A stretch of DNA of 32,000 nucleotides from contig JAFGBS010000008.1 in assembly GCA_016933055.1 (NCBI GenBank), positions 120,001 through 152,000 of the forward strand, in the 5' to 3' direction. Below the pieces are notes generated by a model. That model was not told the DNA's origin. It was given only the letters and a program-made list of their open reading frames with translations, and did no database searches. The stretch comes from Promethearchaeota archaeon (GTDB taxonomy: Archaea; Asgardarchaeota; Lokiarchaeia; Sigyniarchaeales; Promethearchaeaceae). Position 1 is the first letter of the stretch, and the number at the start of each line of letters is the position of its first letter. The position numbers were made by a program, and so were the translations under genes. Below are positions 1 through 7,752 of the stretch, in pieces.

Positions 1-416
1 AATATTTGCGAGAAAGAAATAGTGATCCCCAGAGTCCCAATAGCTAAAATGTCTACCGTAATAAATAAAAAACAGACTATTTCCATAATCAAGGAGATGC
101 CGAGTAATTTCCTTCCCCCAACTCCTTGAATCCAACTTCCAATAAAAGTTAAAATGCATCCAACTATCAACAACAGTTCTAATATGAATCCAGAAATTCC
201 CGCAACTCCCAATGTTAACCACCAATTACCGCTTGATAATGCAATATCAACCACTCCCCATGCATATACGGCGATCGATCCGTTGTGAGCAAAAGCCAAG
301 GGAATTCCTGTAAAACTAGTAATTCCCACTGCAAAATAAATGCCAACTGGTATTACAGCAAAAAAATTCAATATAATTAGTAATATACCGTTTAAAATCC
401 CGATTTTATTTGCCAT
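1..416 (-). CDS. Integral membrane protein of unknown function, 3' end truncated by the window edge (not in the ORF track)
   Basis: Manual translation from ATG at 416 is open to position 1: MANKIGILNGILLIILNFFAVIPVGIYFAVG...SGNWWLTLGVAGISGFILELLLIVGCILTFIGSWIQGVGGRKLLGISLIMEIVCFLFITVDILAIGTLGITISFSQI. Several hydrophobic helices; GGAG SD-like motif upstream. Confidence 0.75.
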   Translation of the reverse strand, partial: MANKIGILNGILLIILNFFAVIPVGIYFAVGITSFTGIPLAFAHNGSIAVYAWGVVDIALSSGNWWLTLGVAGISGFILELLLIVGCILTFIGSWIQGVGGRKLLGISLIMEIVCFLFITVDILAIGTLGITISFSQI

Positions 417-548
417 AACTTTTCTCCAATAGGTTATGAAAACAGACAAATAAAAGAAAACCAAATAGTCCCTATTAAGATTACGTTGTTCTTCTTAATC
501 TAAGTAGATAATATTAAAAAATAATTACTTGATTAGTTCTTGAGATAA

Positions 549-683
549 ATGAAAAGAAATAACAATGATAATAAAACTGAAAAAGATGAAAATGATGAAT
601 TGATGTTCAAAACCGCGAAAAAGAATGAGGAATCTCGTAAATGCGGGGTCTATCGACAAAAGAAAGCATTTTCAGATGAATGA
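549..683 (+). CDS. Possible 44-aa charged small protein
   Basis: Manual translation MKRNNNDNKTEKDENDELMFKTAKKNEESRKCGVYRQKKAFSDE; fills the intergenic gap; no family recognised. Confidence 0.25.
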   Translation: MKRNNNDNKTEKDENDELMFKTAKKNEESRKCGVYRQKKAFSDE

Positions 684-693
684 ATCTAATTTT

Positions 694-1371
694 TTACTTC
701 TCAAATTTTGGTACAGAATAATGCTGCTCGCTTGTTATTCCTTTTAAGAAAGAAATGTTACCAAAATCAATCAGTTGTCCAATTAATTTCCCATTTTCGA
801 TTATTATCTTCACAGTTGCTATACCACAATTATACCACCGGTTCTTATAAAAAAAACTTCTATCTACGTTTGTTAGTATTTCTGCTAAACCCGTGATGAA
901 TATTCCTCCGTGTCCTAATAATACTGCGGGCTCATCTGAACTTTCTTTGACCACTTGTTTAACCGCTGTATTAAAACGATCAACTAATTCATACATATTT
1001 TCTCCCCCAGGATATCTTCGTTCAGGAGTTCCTGAGTACCAAGAATGTGCAATGTCGAAATATAACTTCCATGCGTCATCTAGTTTTGAAGGAGGTGTTT
1101 TTTCAAGATCTCCGACATTTACCTCTCGAATTTCTTCAACAATCCGCACGGGAATTTTTCTTTTTTTCGAAATAAATTCTGAAGTCTCTAATGCCCTTTT
1201 CATCGGAGATGAAAAAAGAAAGCTAAAATCCACTTTATCTAAGTAATCTGCAAGTTGTGAAGCTTGTTTTATACCCTTCTCAGTCAAACTTTTATCCACT
1301 AATTTGTAAGAAAACTCTCGGGATACATTAACTATGCTTTCAGCATGACGAATAAAATATACAATTCCCAT
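694..1371 (-). CDS. Histidine phosphatase (phosphoglycerate mutase-like) family protein
   Basis: FIRHAES (RHG-type catalytic His), LT.KG.KQA, FSSPMKRALET, EIRE..VG, late GHGG His motif. Confidence 0.9.
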   Translation of the reverse strand: MGIVYFIRHAESIVNVSREFSYKLVDKSLTEKGIKQASQLADYLDKVDFSFLFSSPMKRALETSEFISKKRKIPVRIVEEIREVNVGDLEKTPPSKLDDAWKLYFDIAHSWYSGTPERRYPGGENMYELVDRFNTAVKQVVKESSDEPAVLLGHGGIFITGLAEILTNVDRSFFYKNRWYNCGIATVKIIIENGKLIGQLIDFGNISFLKGITSEQHYSVPKFEK

Positions 1372-1432
1372 GATTCAATGAGGATTGAATGACAAATAAG
1401 GTTATATAATACCACCACAAAGAGAGAATATC

Positions 1433-2452
1433 ATGACTGAACAAAACCATCAAAATCGTATAGAACCATACCATAAATATTCATACCCTGAATATTTAAA
1501 GATCTTAATAGTGCTCGCTTTTTTGACGACAGCCGGCATATTTTTATTGATGTTTGGGTTAAATGAGGCATTCTTCATTCCCGAACCGGTTGCTGTATTC
1601 AAGATATTCAAAATTATCACATTCTTGGGTGATGAACTTTTTTTCATCATTGCTTTTAGCTTTATTTATTTTGCTTTTGACAAGCGGTACTCACGAAGGT
1701 TAATAATACCATTTTTACTCAGTACTCATCTCAATACCGTACTAAAAGTATTTTTTAAGGATCCTCGTCCTCCCGCAAATGAATATTTTGGTGAACCAAT
1801 TGGTACAGGATACGGACTTCCCAGCGGTCACACCCAGAGTTCTGTGGGCTTCTATGGCTTCACATTTCATCAGTTTAAAGGACACGAGAAAAAGAGTGGG
1901 ATAGTTGTCCGGATTATCAGTTTTCTTTTATTAATCTTGGTTCCCGTTTCTAGACTTATTATAGGTGCTCATGATGTCCAAGATGTTCTTTTCGGTTATT
2001 TGTTCGGGTATGCGGTGTTATTGATTTATTTCATGCTGGAACCTTGGTTATTATCCTTAAAACCGAAATTGCCTATGATTGTAAAAATACTGATTGGAGT
2101 TGTTGCAAGCTTAGGTTTATGGATTGGAAGTATTTTGCTTTTTCCCGAAGATGCATATGAATTCGGTTTGACTTGTGGAGCGTTATTGGCGTTTTCCATA
2201 TGTTTTCCATTGGAGGAAAAATATGTGCGATATGATCCTAGAAAAATGGCGACTTGGCAAAGAATAGTCTATGGGATAGTAGGATCGATAATAACGGTTG
2301 GATTATATTTTGGGTTAAGTTTGCTTTTCGATATGATCCCGTTTGCAGAATGGGACTATATTTTCAGATTGATTAAATATCTTCTACTCGGTGCAATTGT
2401 GGCAGTACTAGTTCCATATATTTTTACTTTGATTACCAAACAAAAAGAGTAA
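1433..2452 (+). CDS. PAP2-family integral membrane phosphatase with extra C-terminal TM helices
   Basis: All three PAP2 motifs: KVFFKDPRP (KX6RP), PSGH, SRLIIGAHDVQD (SRX5HX3D); strongly hydrophobic. Confidence 0.9.
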   Translation: MTEQNHQNRIEPYHKYSYPEYLKILIVLAFLTTAGIFLLMFGLNEAFFIPEPVAVFKIFKIITFLGDELFFIIAFSFIYFAFDKRYSRRLIIPFLLSTHLNTVLKVFFKDPRPPANEYFGEPIGTGYGLPSGHTQSSVGFYGFTFHQFKGHEKKSGIVVRIISFLLLILVPVSRLIIGAHDVQDVLFGYLFGYAVLLIYFMLEPWLLSLKPKLPMIVKILIGVVASLGLWIGSILLFPEDAYEFGLTCGALLAFSICFPLEEKYVRYDPRKMATWQRIVYGIVGSIITVGLYFGLSLLFDMIPFAEWDYIFRLIKYLLLGAIVAVLVPYIFTLITKQKE

Positions 2453-2815
2453 TTATTTTTCTTTCATTTTTTTTTGGAATCTTTTATTTGCCTGATCCAT
2501 AATCCTTTCAAATTCAAGATAGGTTTCCAGTAAATTTTTACCAGCTTCAGTCAGGATGGTTTTTCCACCTCCTCCTTTCCCACCCGCAGAAGCTTCCACA
2601 GGGCTTAATCCTCCAATATTTTGTTTAATCTTTTGAAGCATCCCCCACGCTTTCCGATAGGATATCTTTTTTGGAAGCAATTCGGTAGCTTTCACCAAAC
2701 TATGAGTTTCATCAATTGCTTTTAATAAATTTGCTCCCCCTTTCCCAATAACGTAATCCCCTTTTGAGTTAGATAACCATAACTTAAAACTAGGTTGGAG
2801 TGTGAGTTCGAACAT
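2453..2815 (-). CDS. modE: ModE-family winged-helix regulator (DNA-binding domain only, no TOBE/Mop domain)
   Basis: KLWL...VIGKGGANLLKAIDETHSL..A....ISYRKAWGMLQKI...VEASAGGKGGGGKTILTEAGKNLLETY matches the ModE N-terminal pattern; only 120 aa. Confidence 0.85.
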   Translation of the reverse strand: MFELTLQPSFKLWLSNSKGDYVIGKGGANLLKAIDETHSLVKATELLPKKISYRKAWGMLQKIKQNIGGLSPVEASAGGKGGGGKTILTEAGKNLLETYLEFERIMDQANKRFQKKMKEK

Positions 2816-2864
2816 AATCCTACCTTTTCATCTAAATGGGATTATATAAACTTTAAATAAGTAT

Positions 2865-2879
2865 AAGGAAATTTTTATA
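2865..2879 (+). promoter_or_regulatory. Putative BRE-TATA promoter of the ECF operon
   Basis: Purine run AAGGAAA (2865-2871) followed by TTTTTATA (2872-2879), about 50 nt before ATG 2929; AGGTG SD-like motif at 2916-2920. Confidence 0.55.
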
Positions 2880-2880
2880 C

Positions 2881-2908
2881 AACGTTATGCATTTCAATAC
2901 ATATCGAT
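2881..2908. promoter_or_regulatory. Putative ModE operator
   Basis: AACGTTATGCA-TTTCAA-TACATATCGAT: imperfect 11-bp inverted repeat (8/11) with 6-nt spacer; 16 of 20 defined positions match the ModE consensus as recalled (ATCGNTATATA-N6-TATATANCGAT); lies beside the modE-like gene. Confidence 0.65.
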
Positions 2909-2928
2909 AAACAAAAGGTGTTATTTAT

Positions 2929-3954
2929 ATGGCTAAATCAAAAAGTGGAATCATGATTGCCGTAGTTGTAGGCATTTTAGTAGTTGCTGCGGGTGTATTG
3001 GTTCCTTTATACTACTTTGTTTGGAGACCGCAGAGTCCCAATTATCCCACATGGGATTTGAAATTTTATGGAGATTCCGTTGATCAGAGTAAAAATATTA
3101 CCTACCAAGAAATTCAAGAGGAATTCAGCGCAACAGAATATTCATTTAATCATACCAGATGGTGGGATCCTGACGGTTATTTGTCCGAAATTAGGAATTA
3201 TACGGGAATTCCCCTATGGGACATTATTGAATATTCTGAAGTGGATTATGGTCATGCTAATGCATTACGTTTTGTAGCACTTGATGGGTTTAAGAGCCCT
3301 GCATTATCATTAGATGTAGTAGAAAATGACAAATCTCTTATTATAGTTTGTATAGCGGAAGAGGGTGTAATTTTGACGGGTCCTGAAGAAGATGGTGAAG
3401 GTTATTTAATGAGTGCAGTAAACTACTCGATTGATGAAACCAAAAAGAGTTCTCATTTTAATATGAAGAATTTGATTGGAGTAGAATTTTTGGTGGATTG
3501 GGATCTGACTCTTTTCGGAGAAACTTATGTCGAAACAAATATAACAATCTCATACAATGATTTCGTGAATTCAGCCGAATTGGATAGACACAACGTTTTA
3601 TTAAATTATACTAAACTGTGGGACAATGGGACTATTCGATCAAGTGAGTTAGTTAATGTGACCGGAGTTACGCTTTGGAGTATAATTCAGTATACGGAAG
3701 TAAATTACACAACTGCCTCAGGGGTTAAATTCATTGCGAATGATGAATGGTCTACTTGGACTGTCTCCTTAGATTGGGTTGAAGAAAATGCATCTAAAGT
3801 GTTGATTGTTTATGAAGAAAATGGGCAACTTTTAGACCACGAATCAGATGGATACCTGTACTCCATGGTAGATTATAGTTTAACAGAAGGAACATCAAGC
3901 AGCCAATTCAAAGCAAAATTTTTAATGGGAATAGAATTTACATTATTTTTGTGA
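2929..3954 (+). CDS. Membrane-anchored extracytoplasmic protein with two tandem sulfite-oxidase-family molybdopterin-binding-like domains
   Basis: N-terminal basic plus hydrophobic anchor. Internal duplication: WDL..G, TG..LW.II.Y.EV.Y..A...F.A.D, SLD.VE, G.L.S.V.YS, SS.F..K.L.G.EF occur in both halves. Ten N-X-S/T sequons. Confidence 0.7.
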   Translation: MAKSKSGIMIAVVVGILVVAAGVLVPLYYFVWRPQSPNYPTWDLKFYGDSVDQSKNITYQEIQEEFSATEYSFNHTRWWDPDGYLSEIRNYTGIPLWDIIEYSEVDYGHANALRFVALDGFKSPALSLDVVENDKSLIIVCIAEEGVILTGPEEDGEGYLMSAVNYSIDETKKSSHFNMKNLIGVEFLVDWDLTLFGETYVETNITISYNDFVNSAELDRHNVLLNYTKLWDNGTIRSSELVNVTGVTLWSIIQYTEVNYTTASGVKFIANDEWSTWTVSLDWVEENASKVLIVYEENGQLLDHESDGYLYSMVDYSLTEGTSSSQFKAKFLMGIEFTLFL

Positions 3955-3987
3955 TTCATTATTAGAAAAAACTACTGGAGAATATGA

Positions 3988-4539
3988 ATGGAAAGACATA
4001 GAACAAGAAGAATCGCATTTATTACCCTTTTTTTTCTTTTAATTATGGCTTTTCCCATACCTCTAATTGTTTTTAACCTAAGAAACCGGAATCCGGAATT
4101 ATATTCGATACGGATTGAGGGAAATGTATCTGAAGTCTTAACTTACACTTATGAGGATATTGTTGATGGATTATTTGGAGTGGTTGAAAAACAAGAATTT
4201 GTGTATTTAAATCAACCCCCGTACAATACGAGATATAACGTCATCTATACTGGTGTCAGTGTATGGTCTTTATTAACTCATAAATCGGTAATTAACTCCA
4301 ATGCTACTGAAATCTTTTTTCGTTCTTATGATGCGTATTACACTGACACATTACTTCTCGAAAAAGTTGAAAATAATCCCACTCTCGTGATAATAGCCTT
4401 TAAGAAAGACAATAAACCTTTAAAATATAATAGTGATGATGGTGGACCCCTGCGTGCAATCGTGAACTTAAGTGTAACAGAACCGGATTATTGCAGTAAA
4501 TATTGGGCTAAATATGTAAATACCATCGTTGTAGTTTGA
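3988..4539 (+). CDS. Membrane-anchored protein with one sulfite-oxidase-family molybdopterin-binding-like domain
   Basis: N-terminal TM helix, then YTGVSVWSLL, FRSYDAYY, IIAFKKDNKPL...GGPLRAIV, WAKYVNTIVV, following the Oxidored_molyb pattern. Confidence 0.75.
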   Translation: MERHRTRRIAFITLFFLLIMAFPIPLIVFNLRNRNPELYSIRIEGNVSEVLTYTYEDIVDGLFGVVEKQEFVYLNQPPYNTRYNVIYTGVSVWSLLTHKSVINSNATEIFFRSYDAYYTDTLLLEKVENNPTLVIIAFKKDNKPLKYNSDDGGPLRAIVNLSVTEPDYCSKYWAKYVNTIVVV

Positions 4540-4560
4540 TAATTCAACTGATTGATTACT

Positions 4561-5205
4561 ATGACAAGAAGAAGCCAAGATGAATTAGTAGATGAGGGAA
4601 TTACAGTTCCTGAGGGTTATATGGATACTCGAGAATATATCAAGAAAAATACGATATTGGGATTATTAACAGTTCGAGATCTGCTATATGCATCTGTTTT
4701 GGGCATTATGGGTGGTTTTATTTCATCATTGGTGCCTTTCAGTTTAATCATCAAAGCAATATATCCATTTTGGGGGGGTTCTCAACTAATGTCTGGCCAT
4801 CATATGATATGGATGAGTATCGCATATGGAACTACCAAGAAGAAATCGAGTTTACTTATCACTGCTTTATTAAAAGGAGTTATTGAATTCCTTTTAGGCG
4901 ATCGTTTGGGAGCTTTCATCATACTCATGAATATTTTTGAAGGGTTGTCTCTTATGGTGGGTTTTATCATTATTGAGCAATTAGGTGAGTATAAAACCAA
5001 CTTTGGCTGGTCTATTGCGGGAGGAATAGGGAATGTTACGCAAGCACCGATTTTCTGGTGGATTGCTGGTCGCTTTGGTATCTTACATTGGTCGTTAGCT
5101 GCTATTGCTTTTACTTTTGCTTTTTTGTCAGGATGTTTTATTACGGGTTTCCTAGGACGTCAAATCACAATTTCGATTAAGCGATCAATGGGAGAGATAC
5201 CATGA
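4561..5205 (+). CDS. ECF transporter S component (YkoE/ABC_cobalt-like)
   Basis: About six TM helices; RDLLYASVLGIMGG and GVIEFLLG patterns; ATGA overlap with the ECF ATPase. ORF track starts at TTG 4552; ATG 4561 preferred. Confidence 0.75.
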   Translation: MTRRSQDELVDEGITVPEGYMDTREYIKKNTILGLLTVRDLLYASVLGIMGGFISSLVPFSLIIKAIYPFWGGSQLMSGHHMIWMSIAYGTTKKKSSLLITALLKGVIEFLLGDRLGAFIILMNIFEGLSLMVGFIIIEQLGEYKTNFGWSIAGGIGNVTQAPIFWWIAGRFGILHWSLAAIAFTFAFLSGCFITGFLGRQITISIKRSMGEIP

Positions 5206-6725
5206 CGAGTATTGTGGAGTTCATTGAATTTTCCTTTCGATATCCTCATACAGAGCAAGATATTATACAAAACGCTTCTTTCAAAATTGAAAAGGGAACT
5301 TTAACTCTATTATATGGACTATCGGGTTCGGGAAAAAGTACTCTTTGTTACGCAATGACCGGGCTTATCCCATGGTCGGTTCGGGGATTTATTAAAGGCG
5401 ATGTAAAAATTCTTGGTAAAAATACCAAAGAAACAAAACCCAACCAATTTGCTGGGGATATCGGATATTTAATGCAGAATCCTGATAGCCAATTTGCCAC
5501 CTTAAATGTGCGTGATGAACTAATTTTTGCTGCAGAGAACATTCAAATTGATAAATTAGAAATCGAAAAGAGATTTCAAAGAATTGTCGAATTACTTGAT
5601 TTACGTACATATTTGGACCGTAATGTCACACAATTAAGTAGTGGGGAAAAACAACGAGTAGTTTTAGGCTCTATTCTTATGATGGAACCTGCTCTTCTTA
5701 TATTAGATGAACCCCTTTCCTTTTTAGACTATCCTAATCGTTTAAAATTATTGGGATTTTTACGAAAAGTACTTTCAAAATATAGTGATCTCTCTGTCAT
5801 AATTGCGGAACATCGGATTAATGATATTATCCCATTAGCTACCAATTTTTTAGAAATTAAAGATGGTTTGATCACACCTGTTCCTTTTCCAGAAGTAAAA
5901 TCTCAAAAATTTATTCCTAATTCATCCATAGCATTTTCCTATAAAGATTTAATTCATCATTATGGATTTCAAGAAGACAGCTCGGATTATCCCGAGCAAC
6001 AAATACCTGATATTAGTTTCAAGCAAGTGTCCTTTAATTATACACAATATTATGGGAAATTTACTCAAAATAGCGTCACTATTTTACATAAGATTTCATT
6101 TAAAGCCTTTCCTGGAGAAATTATAGCCATAATTGGTCCAAACGGAATCGGAAAAACTACTTTATTATATCTGATTGCGGGTATTTTACAAACCTCCGAT
6201 GGGGAAATATTTTTCAAAGGGCAAGATATTGCCAAATTACATTATGGTAAATATTCTAGAAATATCGGACTAATTTTTCAAAATCCCGAGTCCCAACTCT
6301 TAAAGAATACCATAAAAAAGGAGATTGAATTTGGTCCAAAAAACTTCGGAATTAGGATTGAAGAAGATCAAATTCAACGATATTTAGAGTTTATTTTTTC
6401 CACATCACAAGCTAATTTTAAAGCTCTATTTGAACTCCATCCCTTTAATTTATCCTGGGGTGAAAAACGCCGTTTAAATCTTGCATCTTTATTTGCATAC
6501 TCTCCCTCAATTTATCTATTTGATGAACCCTATACTGGCCAAGACTATATTGTGAGAACCAAATTACTCAAAATCATTAAATCTATCTCTGAAAACTCAG
6601 GTTTAACTATAATTTCGAGCCATGATGAGGAAATCTTGCAATCGTGTAGTAGAGTTTTCTTATTAGATGAATCGGGTTTCACAAATTTTAAGAAAAATCA
6701 AAAGCTTGGAAGTGAGCAACCATAA
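5202..6725 (+). CDS. ECF transporter ATPase with two fused ABC cassettes (A-A')
   Basis: Walker A GLSGSGKS and GPNGIGKT; Q-loops MQNPDSQ and FQNPESQ; signatures LSSGEKQR and LSWGEKRR; Walker B LILDEP and YLFDEP; H-loops AEHR and SSHD. Confidence 0.93.
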   Translation: MTSIVEFIEFSFRYPHTEQDIIQNASFKIEKGTLTLLYGLSGSGKSTLCYAMTGLIPWSVRGFIKGDVKILGKNTKETKPNQFAGDIGYLMQNPDSQFATLNVRDELIFAAENIQIDKLEIEKRFQRIVELLDLRTYLDRNVTQLSSGEKQRVVLGSILMMEPALLILDEPLSFLDYPNRLKLLGFLRKVLSKYSDLSVIIAEHRINDIIPLATNFLEIKDGLITPVPFPEVKSQKFIPNSSIAFSYKDLIHHYGFQEDSSDYPEQQIPDISFKQVSFNYTQYYGKFTQNSVTILHKISFKAFPGEIIAIIGPNGIGKTTLLYLIAGILQTSDGEIFFKGQDIAKLHYGKYSRNIGLIFQNPESQLLKNTIKKEIEFGPKNFGIRIEEDQIQRYLEFIFSTSQANFKALFELHPFNLSWGEKRRLNLASLFAYSPSIYLFDEPYTGQDYIVRTKLLKIIKSISENSGLTIISSHDEEILQSCSRVFLLDESGFTNFKKNQKLGSEQP

Positions 6726-7603
6726 AGAATCGTAAGGAACAGCAAATTGTAGATTATGTATTTAATTTTAAACCGGGAACATCATTGTTTCATAAACTTC
6801 ATCCTGTTCCCAAAATAGTTTTTATCGTGCTATTGACCTATATTGTACTTGTTCAAACGAGTTTATTGGTATTAGCAGGATTGATGATCTTCGTTTTTGG
6901 TCTTTCTCTTAGTGTTGGAATCACCATACCAGCGTTGTTCTCCCGCTTGAAATGGATTTTAATGATCATAATTTTTACTGTAGTGATCAATATTTTCTTT
7001 AATGCGATAGAAGGAGAACCAGAAATTCTATTTTATTTAATCCCCAGAGAACCTATCGAAGATTCGTTATTGCCAATTCGCCGTTTAGCCGTATACTACG
7101 CATTTCGTATTGCATTCTGGATTTTAATACTTAGTAATTGTGGATTGATTTTTTTACATACTACATCTCCTAAAGATGTGGTGTATGGATTACGTTGCTT
7201 GGGTGCACCATATAAGTTCGCCTATGCGCTTATGATTGGAATGCGTTATATTCCTCTTATTCAAGATAGTACTACGTCTGTGGTGATAGCACAAAAAGCA
7301 CGTGGATTAGAAGGAAGCAATGCTAGAGGACTTAAACGAGTATGGGAATTGGTCCGAGATCGGTTGACAACTTCCCTCATCCTAATATTTAAACAAATAA
7401 AAATCACTGCAAAATCGCTTGAACTTAGAGGTTTTGGTAAATATAGGGGACGTACCGATTTGTATAAAATTCCTTGGCAATTTAGAGATTTTTTATTTTT
7501 ATCAATATTTCTTGCATTTATACTATTTGCTTCATTATATCGTTTCAGTGTATTGTGGTTTATACCCCCCCTTCCTTCGATTTACTCGATGTTCTGGGTA
7601 TGA
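6722..7603 (+). CDS. ecfT: ECF transporter T component
   Basis: FKPGTSLFHKLHP N-terminal motif, GMRYIPLI, coupling Arg motifs AQKARG and SLELRG. Frame is open from 6716; ORF track uses TTG 6785, start proposed at ATA 6722 (uncertain). Confidence 0.88.
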   Translation: MKNRKEQQIVDYVFNFKPGTSLFHKLHPVPKIVFIVLLTYIVLVQTSLLVLAGLMIFVFGLSLSVGITIPALFSRLKWILMIIIFTVVINIFFNAIEGEPEILFYLIPREPIEDSLLPIRRLAVYYAFRIAFWILILSNCGLIFLHTTSPKDVVYGLRCLGAPYKFAYALMIGMRYIPLIQDSTTSVVIAQKARGLEGSNARGLKRVWELVRDRLTTSLILIFKQIKITAKSLELRGFGKYRGRTDLYKIPWQFRDFLFLSIFLAFILFASLYRFSVLWFIPPLPSIYSMFWV

Positions 7604-7752
7604 TGCAAAAATCCGAAATCTTTATCATGCACCGTTTTCAGTAATTATATACCGCATTAAGTAATTTGCGGTTCAGGCATTTCGGTTCAGACATAACTCA
7701 TTAGATGACTAGTTTGAAGCGGGAATGTACTGCACATATGAGAAGATTATAA

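Noticed and set aside
2929-4539. Functional MsrPQ or sulfite oxidase
   Set aside because: No Mo-ligating Cys at the expected position, no clear Tat motif, no heme-binding partner gene.
5202-7603. Cobalt/nickel ECF (CbiMNQO/NikMNQO) or ModABC
   Set aside because: The S component lacks the CbiM/NikM N-terminal MHI metal motif, and no ModA/ModB-like genes are present.
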